Source: Parcubacteria group bacterium Gr01-1014_29
GTDB lineage: Bacteria; Patescibacteriota; Minisyncoccia; Ryanbacterales; 2-02-FULL-48-12
Length of the DNA stretch: 57,352 nt
Direction of reading: 5' to 3'
NCBI GenBank assembly: GCA_007376195.1
Contig: VMFT01000003.1
Span: forward strand, 1-57,352
The notes beneath the pieces were generated by a model that did no database searches, was not told the origin of the DNA, and saw nothing but the letters and a program-made list of their open reading frames with translations. Made by a program: the position numbers and the translations under genes. Shown in pieces: positions 43,875 to 51,586 of the stretch (position 1 is the stretch's first letter; each line of letters starts with the position of its first letter).

Positions 43875-45828
43875 ATTTTTTCAGCGCATCCCGCAGTTGA
43901 GCCGCTCGTTCAAAATCAAGCGCGGCGGCGGCTTCCAACATTTCAGCCTCCAGTTCTTTGGCAAGCTCTTGTTTTGAGCGCGGGGTTGCCGCGCCTTGCA
44001 CTTTCTTTCCCAGCGCGTCTTCTTTTGTCTCTTGGGCGAACCACGCGCGGATTTCTTTTTGAATGGGGCTGGGAACGATGCCATGCTCGTTGTTATATGC
44101 TTCTTGGATTTTCCGGCGGCGTTCGGTTGTGTCTATTGCTTCCTGCATGGATTTTGTTATGGAATCTGCGTACAGAATTACATGCCCGTGCATATGCCGT
44201 GCGGCGCGTCCCATGGTTTGAATCAACGTGATCGCGTTTCGTAAAAACCCTTCTTTGTCCGCGTCCAAAATGGCAACGAGTGAGACTTCCGGAATATCAA
44301 GCCCTTCCCGCAACAGGTTAATACCCACAAGCGCGTCGAATTCGCCTTTTCGCAAGCGTTGTAGCGTTTCCGTGCGTTCAAGTGTTTTTACTTCCGCGTG
44401 AATGTAGGCGGCTTTTATTCCTTCTTCCGAAAGATAATCAGCTATATCTTCGGCAAGGCGTTTTGTGATGGTAGTAACAAGAGTGCGTTCTCCGGCTGCT
44501 CTTCGCTTTTTAATTTCTTCCGCCACATCATGAATTTGGTTTTTGGTGGGGCGTATTTCAATATCAGGGTCTAGAAGCCCTGTGGGACGTACCAGCTGTT
44601 CAGACGCGGGACCGCTTGAAAGTTCAAACTGCCCAGGGGTTGCAGAAACATATACCACCTGCGGCACGCGGGTTTCGAATTCTTCAAACATGAGCGGACG
44701 GTTATCAAGCGCCGACGGGAGGCGAAATCCGTGTTCCACTAAGACCTGCTTCCGGGCGCGGTCTCCGTGATACATGCCGCGGATTTGTGGCACGGTCATG
44801 TGCGACTCGTCAATAAAAGTAAGAAAATCAGGGGGCCTGTCCTGCGTAGCTTTAGCGGAGTAGGAAAAATAATCAAGGAGTGTGGACGGAGGGTCGCCCG
44901 CGTTCCGAAATGAAATATGACGCGAATAGTTTTCAATGCCGGAGCAGTAGCCCGTGGTGCGGAGCATTTCCATGTCAAAACGCGTACGTTCGCGGAGGCG
45001 TTCGGCTTCCAAAACCTTGCCGCGTCCCTGCAGTGTTTCTACATATGCTTCCAATTCTTCCTCAATAGCGGGGATGGCTCGTTCCAGTTTTTCGTGCGGC
45101 ATAACGAAGTGTTTTGCGGGAAAGAGCGTAAGCTCGTGAGCTGTGCCGTTGTTTAGATGCTCAATTTCATTTCCAAAAAACTCAACGCGCGTTGTTTCCA
45201 TGCCGGTTGGCGAGACTATTTCTATCACTTCGCCTTTTATGCTGAATGTGCCCGCTTTCGCTTCCGTCCCGGTTCCACCGGGATTTCGTTCGTACTGCAA
45301 GGTTGCAAGCGCGCGGAGAAATTCGTTCTGCTTTATTTTTTCTCCCGCATGGATTTTTGTTGCCATGCCATGGTACTCCGCGGGGTTTCCAATGCCGTAG
45401 ATGCACGACACGGAGGCAACAATAATAGTATCTTGGCGCATGAGTATTGATTGCGTGGAGGCATGCCGCAAGCGGTCAATAAATTCGTTTATTTTGGCAT
45501 CCTTTTCAATATAGGTGTCGGTTTGCGGGATGTATGCTTCGGGCTGGTAGTAATCGTAGTAGGAGACAAAGTAATGCACCGCGTTGTCCGGAAAAAACTC
45601 TTTGAACTCCTGATATAATTGGGCGGCAAGGGTTTTATTATGCGAAATAACAAGTGTCGGTTTTTGCACGCGCTCAATCACATTTGCCATGGTGAACGTT
45701 TTCCCGCTGCCGGTTACGCCAATCAGCGTTTGCTCCGGCACGCCCGTTTTCACGCGCGCCGAAATCTCCTCGATGGCACGAGGTTGGTCACCGGTAGGTT
45801 GATATTGACTTTTGAGGGTGAATGGCAT
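43858..45828 (-). CDS. uvrB: Excinuclease ABC subunit B
   Basis: Walker A GVTGSGKTFTMANVI, helicase motifs, and a C-terminal UVR domain (AAALDFERAAQLRDAL). Confidence 0.95.
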   Translation of the reverse strand: MPFTLKSQYQPTGDQPRAIEEISARVKTGVPEQTLIGVTGSGKTFTMANVIERVQKPTLVISHNKTLAAQLYQEFKEFFPDNAVHYFVSYYDYYQPEAYIPQTDTYIEKDAKINEFIDRLRHASTQSILMRQDTIIVASVSCIYGIGNPAEYHGMATKIHAGEKIKQNEFLRALATLQYERNPGGTGTEAKAGTFSIKGEVIEIVSPTGMETTRVEFFGNEIEHLNNGTAHELTLFPAKHFVMPHEKLERAIPAIEEELEAYVETLQGRGKVLEAERLRERTRFDMEMLRTTGYCSGIENYSRHISFRNAGDPPSTLLDYFSYSAKATQDRPPDFLTFIDESHMTVPQIRGMYHGDRARKQVLVEHGFRLPSALDNRPLMFEEFETRVPQVVYVSATPGQFELSSGPASEQLVRPTGLLDPDIEIRPTKNQIHDVAEEIKKRRAAGERTLVTTITKRLAEDIADYLSEEGIKAAYIHAEVKTLERTETLQRLRKGEFDALVGINLLREGLDIPEVSLVAILDADKEGFLRNAITLIQTMGRAARHMHGHVILYADSITKSMQEAIDTTERRRKIQEAYNNEHGIVPSPIQKEIRAWFAQETKEDALGKKVQGAATPRSKQELAKELEAEMLEAAAALDFERAAQLRDALKKLNYEV

Positions 45829-45868
45829 ATGAATTACTCAAACAATTTAGTTGAAGGAGGTATGCTTT

Positions 45869-46213
45869 ATGTCGATGTCGGAATCTCGAATTGCTGCTAT
45901 TGCTGCTATTGCTGCTATTGTTAAAGATGTAGTTGCGATACAGGAGTGCTTAGACGGTGTTTCGGTGAGCGTAGTTGTGACAGATGGAGAGGTGGCGGTG
46001 CGGGTTGAAAAGGTTGAGATTTGTCATGTTGTGTGGGCACGGAATGGCGAACCTCTTGTTTTTACGAGGAATGTTCCCGAGCCGGTAGTATTATCTAAGG
46101 CATATGATTTTGTGTTGTTGGTGAAGGAAGAGATAGCAAAATATCTTTCTATGCGAGAGCAACACTATGAATCGTTGCTGAAGAAAAACAAAGAGTACTT
46201 GCAAGGCAGGTGA
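45869..46213 (+). CDS. Hypothetical protein with a 9 bp x3 tandem repeat near the N-terminus
   Basis: SD GAAGGAGG 8 nt upstream of the ATG at 45869. MSMSESRIAAIAAIAAIV... I recognise no family. Confidence 0.5.
   Translation: MSMSESRIAAIAAIAAIVKDVVAIQECLDGVSVSVVVTDGEVAVRVEKVEICHVVWARNGEPLVFTRNVPEPVVLSKAYDFVLLVKEEIAKYLSMREQHYESLLKKNKEYLQGR
45890..45920 (+). repeat. Perfect tandem repeat ATTGCTGCT x3 (+ATTG)
   Basis: Read directly. It encodes IAA-IAA-IAA in the ORF frame and CYC-CYC in another frame. Confidence 0.9.
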
Positions 46214-46244
46214 TGCAGTAATAGTTTTGGTAAAATTTGTGCCG

Positions 46245-46268
46245 AGCCGGCTTGCCCCGGCTTTTTTT
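46245..46268 (+). terminator. Rho-independent terminator
   Basis: AGCCGG-CTTGCC-CCGGCT followed by TTTTTT. Confidence 0.7.
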
Positions 46269-46300
46269 GTGCAACTTGGAAACCGGACGTCCAAGTTAAT

Positions 46301-46558
46301 TTACTGATACACATCCTTGCGGTGGCCGATGGTTGCAAAGAGCACTGTTTTGTGTTCAACAAATAAAAACAATACACGATAATTTCGTGTGATGCGAAAC
46401 GAGAATGTTTGAATGTTTCCCCGCAGTTTCTTTACATGTAAACGTGTGTCACGCCAGTTTGCTTTAAATAGTTGCTCTTGTGCACGGAAGCGTGTTTGTA
46501 CAACTTGAGGAAGTTTATGAAATTGTTTTACAAATTCACCGGCGTAAAGAACATTCAT
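46301..46558 (-). CDS. RelE/ParE family type II toxin
   Basis: 85 aa; the F..F.KLP......F......F......D.RLHVKKL.G....FSFRIT.NYRVLF pattern is typical of RelE/ParE-fold toxins. It overlaps the upstream gene by 4 nt. Confidence 0.75.
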   Translation of the reverse strand: MNVLYAGEFVKQFHKLPQVVQTRFRAQEQLFKANWRDTRLHVKKLRGNIQTFSFRITRNYRVLFLFVEHKTVLFATIGHRKDVYQ

Positions 46559-46788
46559 AGTCGAGCGTAGATACGCTTGTTTCGCCAGTCTTTGAGTGCT
46601 CGTTTGAGTGAGGCCGCAAGCGCGTGCGGGCGTTCGTATTCTTCAAGCGACTCTTCTGGAATTTCAGAAGACACCTCTGTAAGAACACGCCGTGAAAGCT
46701 CCGGGAGCGAAAGGCCGTAGCGGAGCGCCAATTGCTCCAGACGGTCTTTTTCTTGTTTCGGCAACTTGATTATTACTGTTGAAATCAT
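46555..46788 (-). CDS. Ribbon-helix-helix type antitoxin
   Basis: 77 aa; the N-terminal beta-strand/helix pattern IIKLPKQEKDRLEQLALRYGLSLPELSRRVL is typical of CopG/RHH antitoxins. It is translationally coupled to the toxin. Confidence 0.65.
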   Translation of the reverse strand: MISTVIIKLPKQEKDRLEQLALRYGLSLPELSRRVLTEVSSEIPEESLEEYERPHALAASLKRALKDWRNKRIYARL

Positions 46789-46862
46789 AGCCGTAGAGTA
46801 ACATATAAATGTTAGAATAACAACCGACTGGCTTTTTTATTTTCTTGCTACCTATTATACTA

Positions 46863-46897
46863 CCTAATGCCTAGAGCCTAATATCTAGCGCCTAACA
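46863..46897. repeat. Heptad-periodic array CCTAATG CCTAGAG CCTAATA TCTAGCG CCTAACA ending 1 nt before the ruvA ATG
   Basis: Read directly. The unit type matches the right arms at 14064-14098 and 19388-19417. Confidence 0.8.
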
Positions 46898-46898
46898 A

Positions 46899-47480
46899 AT
46901 GATTTCCTTACTTGAAGGCACCATTGAGTTCAATGGCGAACGGTTCGCTGTTATTAACGCGGGCGGGGTTGGCTATAAAGTGTTTTTTGCTCCGGAGACC
47001 ATGCGCAGTGTAGCCAAGATCGGCGAGCGCCACAAGGTCTGGACGCATCTTCACGTGCGCGAAAACGACATGGAGCTCTATGGATTTTTATCATACGCCG
47101 AGATGCAGTTTTTTGAAGTGCTCATAGGTGTCTCTGGTGTCGGTCCCAAATCGGCTCTTGGAATTTTGGGTGTTGCCCCGCTCGATATGTTAAAACGCGC
47201 TATAGCCGCGGGCGAGATGAACTATCTGACAAAAGTTTCAGGCATTGGGAAACGTATGGCGGAAAAAATTATTGTGGAACTCCGCGACAAACTTGGGGGC
47301 GCGCAAATGTCCGAAGGCGTTCGCGCCGAACTTACTGCCGATACGGATGTGCTTGATGCGCTGATTTCCATGGGGTATTCACAGCGCGAGGCGCGTGAAG
47401 CCGTAAGCCGCGTGCCTGCCGGTATATCGGGAACAAAAGAGCGCCTTAGTGAGGCGCTGAAAGGGTTGGGGAAAAGATAA
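46899..47480 (+). CDS. ruvA: Holliday junction DNA helicase RuvA
   Basis: MISLLEGTI start, OB fold, HhH motifs (GVSGVGPKSALGIL; VSGIGKRMAEKII), and C-terminal domain III. Confidence 0.92.
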   Translation: MISLLEGTIEFNGERFAVINAGGVGYKVFFAPETMRSVAKIGERHKVWTHLHVRENDMELYGFLSYAEMQFFEVLIGVSGVGPKSALGILGVAPLDMLKRAIAAGEMNYLTKVSGIGKRMAEKIIVELRDKLGGAQMSEGVRAELTADTDVLDALISMGYSQREAREAVSRVPAGISGTKERLSEALKGLGKR

Positions 47481-47483
47481 AAA

Positions 47484-48701
47484 ATGCTACAAAATTTGAG
47501 ACAACTTATTCCTCGGGGTGTTTTTATGTTCCTACAACCTCTCTATCATCGCTTTCTTGCTTTGCTGGCCGCCGTTGTATACCGATTTCCTTCGCGGCAG
47601 CTTACGATTATTGGGGTTACAGGCACCAACGGCAAATCCACGACAGTTGAGATGCTTGCCGAAATTATTGAAGAGGCGGGGTATCGTGTTGCATCGGTTT
47701 CTTCCATTCGCTTTCGCATGGTTGACCACGAAAAACCAAACGATCGCAAAATGACCATGCCCGGCCGGTTTTTTCTGCAAAAGTTTTTGCGGCAGGCAGT
47801 GAGCGCTGGCTGTACGCATGCGGTGCTGGAAGTTACTTCGGAAGGCATTAAACAATTTCGGCACGCGCATATAAAATTTGACGTAGCAGTAATTACCAAT
47901 ATTACACCCGAACATATTGAGTCGCACGGGTCATTTTCAGCATACCGCACGGCAAAAGCAGAACTATTTCGCGCCGCCCCCGTCCATGTGCTCAACAAAG
48001 ACGATCGAGAGTCCTATACGCATCTTTCTGGAATTCCCGCAGAAAAACGCTATGAATACGAATGGGCTCGGTTTCCGAAAGATCTCGAGCTACATTTGCC
48101 GGGTGATTTTAATCGGGCTAATGCACTGGCTGCTCTTACTGCCGCCAAAGCTATTGGTATTCCTTACGAAGTGAGCAAGCGCGTGCTCGAACGCATTGAT
48201 TATATTCCCGGGCGGCTTGAGGTTATTCAAACGCATCCTTTTGGCGTTGTGGTTGACTACGCGCATACGCCCGACGCTTTAGAGAAAGTGTATAAAGAGC
48301 TTTCCGCGCCGCGTCTTATTTGCGTGTTGGGTGCGGCGGGCGGCGGTAGAGACACATGGAAGCGTCCTGAGATGGGACGCATTGCCGAGGCATACTGCTC
48401 CGTGGTTATTCTTACCAATGAGGACCCGTATGACGAAAAGCCGGAAAAAATTATAGAAGAAATTTTTTCCGGCTTTTCGCAAATTCCAAATTCCAAATTC
48501 CAAATTCCAAACACAAGGAAGGTGATTGATAGGCGGGAAGCCATCCACGAGGCGCTTTCGCTTGCTAAAAAGGGTGACGTGGTTATTATTACCGGCAAGG
48601 GATGCGAATCGTGGATGATGGGGCCGGGCGGCTCGAAGATGCCTTGGGATGATAGGGAAGTGGTGCGAGAGGAAATTCAAAAGTTGAATCACGAAGAATG
48701 A
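47484..48701 (+). CDS. murE: MurE-type Mur ligase (UDP-N-acetylmuramoyl-tripeptide synthetase-like, no N-terminal domain)
   Basis: P-loop GVTGTNGKSTT, VVDYAHTPDALEKVY and TNEDPYDE motifs, GKGCE near the C-terminus. It contains a repeat-encoded QIPNSKFQIPNT. Confidence 0.75.
   Translation: MLQNLRQLIPRGVFMFLQPLYHRFLALLAAVVYRFPSRQLTIIGVTGTNGKSTTVEMLAEIIEEAGYRVASVSSIRFRMVDHEKPNDRKMTMPGRFFLQKFLRQAVSAGCTHAVLEVTSEGIKQFRHAHIKFDVAVITNITPEHIESHGSFSAYRTAKAELFRAAPVHVLNKDDRESYTHLSGIPAEKRYEYEWARFPKDLELHLPGDFNRANALAALTAAKAIGIPYEVSKRVLERIDYIPGRLEVIQTHPFGVVVDYAHTPDALEKVYKELSAPRLICVLGAAGGGRDTWKRPEMGRIAEAYCSVVILTNEDPYDEKPEKIIEEIFSGFSQIPNSKFQIPNTRKVIDRREAIHEALSLAKKGDVVIITGKGCESWMMGPGGSKMPWDDREVVREEIQKLNHEE
48478..48508 (+). 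repeat. Heptad tandem repeat CAAATTC x3 (+CAAACAC) inside the Mur ligase coding sequence
   Basis: Read directly. It is stop-free in all six frames. Confidence 0.85.
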
Positions 48702-48716
48702 ATTATGAATCATGCT
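48690..48716 (+). repeat. Heptad array TTGAATC ACGAAGA ATGAATT ATGAATC ATGCTAT spanning the murE stop and the next start
   Basis: The TGA stop of 47484..48701 and the ATG of 48705..49175 both come from ATGAATN units. Confidence 0.7.
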
Positions 48717-49175
48717 ATTTACGCAATACTTCACAATATCCGGAGTTTACACAACATTGGCTCCCTGTTCCGTACGGCAGATGCCGCGGGTGTAACAAAG
48801 ATATATCTTACGGGATATACTGCCTCTCCCATTGATAGGTTTGGCAAGGTGTGTAAAGAAATTGCAAAAACAGCACTCGGCGCTGAACGCACGGTTCCAT
48901 GGGAAGCGAAAAAACGTGTCGGTTCTCTTCTTATATCTTTGCGTAAAAATGGTGTTTACTGCATCGGCCTTGAGCAAGATGCGCGGGCAGTTGACTACCG
49001 GCGCGTAAAGGTAAAGTGCCCGTTCGCGTTGGTTGTTGGCAATGAAGTGTCAGGACTTTCGAAGTCCGTTTTGGAGAAATGTGATACTATTGCAGAAATA
49101 CCGATGCGCGGCACAAAAGAATCATTGAATGTTTCCGTCGCGTTCGGTGTTGCACTGTTTCAATTTATCAAATGA
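48705..49175 (+). CDS. SpoU/TrmH family RNA 2'-O-methyltransferase
   Basis: HNIGSLFRTADAAGV, LVVGNEVSGLS and IPMRGTKESLNVSVAFGVALF are the three SPOUT motifs. Confidence 0.85.
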   Translation: MNHAIYAILHNIRSLHNIGSLFRTADAAGVTKIYLTGYTASPIDRFGKVCKEIAKTALGAERTVPWEAKKRVGSLLISLRKNGVYCIGLEQDARAVDYRRVKVKCPFALVVGNEVSGLSKSVLEKCDTIAEIPMRGTKESLNVSVAFGVALFQFIK

Positions 49176-49187
49176 TAGAATAGAGCG

Positions 49188-49229
49188 ATTTCCAAATATA
49201 CCACGCGGTCGCGTGTATTTCTTGGAAAT
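49188..49229. repeat. Hairpin family C copy 2
   Basis: ATTTCCAAATATACCACGCG-GT-CGCGTGTATTTCTTGGAAAT. Confidence 0.75.
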
Positions 49230-49269
49230 AGTAATTAATAGTTTTTGAACGATTTCTAAGAGTAAGAGA

Positions 49270-49764
49270 ATGAAAAGCAGTAACACAACAGGTCTCGTGG
49301 TAGGAAAATTTGCACCCTTTCATTCGGGACATCACCATTTGTTAGCATGCGCCTATGCATCAATGGATAAATTGGTGGTTATGTTGTATGACGCGCCAGA
49401 TTGCACAAATGTGCCGCTTGTCGTACGCGCTCATTGGATTCATGCGGCGTTTGGGCGCGCAGTTGTTATTGAAGGACATAACCCACCGCCGCGCGGCGTA
49501 TGGAATGAATATACCATGCGTCAGCACGAAGACTTTGTCAAAAAACTTGTTGGGTTGCATGATATCACTCATGTGTATTCCGGAGAGGCGTATGGAGAGC
49601 GCTTAGCTCTAGCGCTCGGCGCGGAGCATGTGCTGGTAGAAAAAATATTCGGCGAGCTGCCGTTATCGGCTACTTCATTGCGACGCAACCCCATGCTATA
49701 CCAGCAATATGTACAAGAGAATGTGTATGGTGATTTGGTAAAGTACGGGGACACTACATTATAG
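49270..49764 (+). CDS. Cytidylyltransferase-fold adenylyltransferase (NadR/NMNAT-like)
   Basis: GLVVGKFAPFHSGHHHLL matches the GKF.P.H.GH nucleotidyltransferase motif of NadR-type NMN adenylyltransferases. Confidence 0.65.
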   Translation: MKSSNTTGLVVGKFAPFHSGHHHLLACAYASMDKLVVMLYDAPDCTNVPLVVRAHWIHAAFGRAVVIEGHNPPPRGVWNEYTMRQHEDFVKKLVGLHDITHVYSGEAYGERLALALGAEHVLVEKIFGELPLSATSLRRNPMLYQQYVQENVYGDLVKYGDTTL

Positions 49765-49810
49765 ATATGGCTCGTTTTATGTTTCATTGTTTTATGTTAT
49801 AACGAAGTTT

Positions 49811-50386
49811 ATGCAGAACGAGTTGGTATTCGACATAGAAACAAAAAAATCGTTTCAGGAAGTCGGTGGCAAGTACAATATGCATTTATTGGGCGTATCG
49901 GTGGTAGGCATATACAACTACGCGGACGAGTCGTTTCGCTGTTACGAGGAGAAAGATTTCCTTGAGCTGGAAGAATTGCTGCGTACCGGTCCGCGCTTAA
50001 TCGGTTTTAACAGCAAACATTTTGATGTGCCGGTGTTACAGCCGCACATTCGTGTGCCGCTTGCGTCGTTGCCGCACCTTGATCTCATGGAAGACATTGA
50101 GAACTATTTGGGGTTTCGCGTGTCGCTTGATAATCTTGCAAAATCAAATCTTGGCGTCCAAAAAAGCGCGCATGGCCTGCAAGCTATTCAATGGTGGCAG
50201 GAAGGGAATATGGATGCTATTAAAAAATACTGTCTGGACGATGTACGCATTACGCGCGATTTATACGAACACGGCAAGAAACAGGGGCATGTGCTCGCTG
50301 AGACGCGCTCAGATCCAAAGGTAGACGTGCCGGTAACATGGCAGGTGCCGGTTGAGTCGCTTGCGGCACAGGCGTCATTATTTTAA
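49811..50386 (+). CDS. DEDD-type 3'-5' exonuclease (RNase H-like fold, PolB-exonuclease-related)
   Basis: ELVFDIET (ExoI), GFNSKHFDVPVL (ExoII) and YCLDDVRITRDLY (ExoIII). The start is set to MQNELVF. Confidence 0.65.
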   Translation: MQNELVFDIETKKSFQEVGGKYNMHLLGVSVVGIYNYADESFRCYEEKDFLELEELLRTGPRLIGFNSKHFDVPVLQPHIRVPLASLPHLDLMEDIENYLGFRVSLDNLAKSNLGVQKSAHGLQAIQWWQEGNMDAIKKYCLDDVRITRDLYEHGKKQGHVLAETRSDPKVDVPVTWQVPVESLAAQASLF

Positions 50387-50387
50387 T

Positions 50388-50864
50388 ATGCATATATTTT
50401 CAGACATAAGCGGGAAACAATATTGTCTTTCGGACATTGTTGAGCGCGCGCGCTTGTTTATAGCTGCCAAACCGAGTGAACGGTATGAGATTATCGTTGG
50501 TTCCGATTCGCATCCGGCCCAAACAGTGCAGTTTGTTACAGCTGTTACGGTGCGTCGCATCGGCAACGGCGGGATTTATTTTTGGACGCGTTCAAACCCC
50601 GAACAGTGCCACACGCTCCGCGACCGGATTTACCGCGAAACCATGTGTTCTATTACGCTTGCCCAGGAGCTCAGAGGCAGGCTTAAAGAAACGCTGGGAG
50701 ACGAGTTTTTCTGGAACGACCAGGTGCATATAGATGTTGGTGAACGAGGAGCGACGCGCGATCTTATCCCCGGCGTGGTAGGTATGGTGCGCGGGTTTGG
50801 GTTTGAGGCGGTTATCAAGCCCTATGCGTTCGGCGCCTGCACGGTGGCGGATAGGCACACGTAA
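50388..50864 (+). CDS. YkuK/DUF458 family RNase H-like protein
   Basis: YEIIVGSDSH....VQFVTAVTVRRIGNGGIYFW...LRDRIYRET..S matches my recollection of the YkuK family core. The ATG lies 1 nt after the previous stop. Confidence 0.6.
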   Translation: MHIFSDISGKQYCLSDIVERARLFIAAKPSERYEIIVGSDSHPAQTVQFVTAVTVRRIGNGGIYFWTRSNPEQCHTLRDRIYRETMCSITLAQELRGRLKETLGDEFFWNDQVHIDVGERGATRDLIPGVVGMVRGFGFEAVIKPYAFGACTVADRHT

Positions 50865-50883
50865 ATTTTTGCTTGCACAAAAA

Positions 50884-50977
50884 TTTGAGTATTTAGTAAT
50901 TAGTATTTAGTACTTAAGGCTAGGTAGAATTATAATACTTGAAGCAAAAATTTATCCCTAAGTACTAATTACTCAAA
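50884..50977. repeat. Heptad-periodic inverted repeat (TTAGTAN units) upstream of the four-helix-bundle gene
   Basis: Left arm is TTTGAGTATTTAGTAATTAGTATTTAGTACTTAAGG and right arm is CCCTAAGTACTAATTACTCAAA. TAG/TAA recur at 7 nt spacing at 50894, 50901, 50908 and 50915. Confidence 0.8.
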
Positions 50978-50992
50978 CTCACACTAATTACC

Positions 50993-51340
50993 ATGTTTGA
51001 TTTTGAAAACTTAAAGGTGTACCACGACGCAAAGGAGCTTAACAAGAAAATTTTGTGTTTTGTGAAAGACAATAAACACATTGACTCGTATCTCCGCGAC
51101 CAATTGCGCAGAGCTTCCATAAGTATGGTTATCAATATCGCAGAAGGAAGTGGTAAATTTTCAAAAGCTGACAAAAGAAATTTCTATACGATCTCTAGGG
51201 GTTCTGTGTATGAATGTGTTTCTATTTTTGATATCATTCATGATGAGCAACAGGTAAGCAATGAAGAGTATAAAAATTTCTATCAGCGATACGAAACAAT
51301 CTCCAAAATGCTACTCGGGTTAATTAACTCTCAAAAATAA
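50993..51340 (+). CDS. Four-helix-bundle protein (23S rRNA intervening-sequence protein / Avd-like family)
   Basis: FENLKVYHDAKEL...LRDQLRRASISMVINIAEGSGKFSKADKRNFYTISRGSVYEC is the family signature (TIGR02436-type, by recall). Confidence 0.8.
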   Translation: MFDFENLKVYHDAKELNKKILCFVKDNKHIDSYLRDQLRRASISMVINIAEGSGKFSKADKRNFYTISRGSVYECVSIFDIIHDEQQVSNEEYKNFYQRYETISKMLLGLINSQK

Positions 51341-51389
51341 AACCACGAAGATTCCTTTTTATTTTTGTTTTACTATGCTGTTCCTGTTC

Positions 51390-51462
51390 GGACGGTTAGC
51401 TCAATTGGCAGAGCACTTCGTTTACACCGAAGGGGTTGCAGGTTCAAGTCCTGCACCGTCCA
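51390..51462 (+). tRNA. tRNA-Val (anticodon UAC)
   Basis: Manual cloverleaf: acceptor GGACGGT/ACCGTCC, D arm GCTC-AATTGGCA-GAGC, anticodon arm CTTCG-TTTACAC-CGAAG, and T arm GCAGG-TTCAAGT-CCTGC. CCA is not encoded. Confidence 0.92.
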
Positions 51463-51586
51463 CTTTGTGCGGGACACCGGGCAGGCCGGTAGTTCGAATC
51501 TCTCAGGGTGCACAAAATTTCTAACGGGGTAGAATATACAGAAGTTATTCACACCAAACAGTATTCAAGGCAGGATATAAAGGGCT

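Noticed and set aside
45619-45924. An alternative frame over the 9 bp repeat, giving a Cys/Tyr-rich peptide (MLYVDVGISNCCYCCYCCYC) from an ATG just after the SD.
   Set aside because: The ATG is only 1-2 nt from the SD, which is poor spacing. The peptide is 20 aa, and the longer listed ORF is antisense overlap with uvrB. The in-frame 114 aa reading with 8 nt SD spacing is preferred.
43858-48701. An alternative genetic code (UGA recoded, as in some CPR lineages).
   Set aside because: TGA terminates uvrB and the Mur ligase at the lengths expected for these conserved proteins. No conserved gene in the window requires read-through of TGA.
51463-51520. A second tRNA or tRNA fragment after tRNA-Val. 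It contains GGTAGTTCGAATC, which looks like a T-loop.
   Set aside because: No cloverleaf can be folded: the T-stem halves do not pair, and there is no anticodon arm or acceptor pairing. It reads only as a stem TTTGTGC/GCACAAA around a GC-rich loop, possibly a terminator or a decayed tRNA 3' relic.
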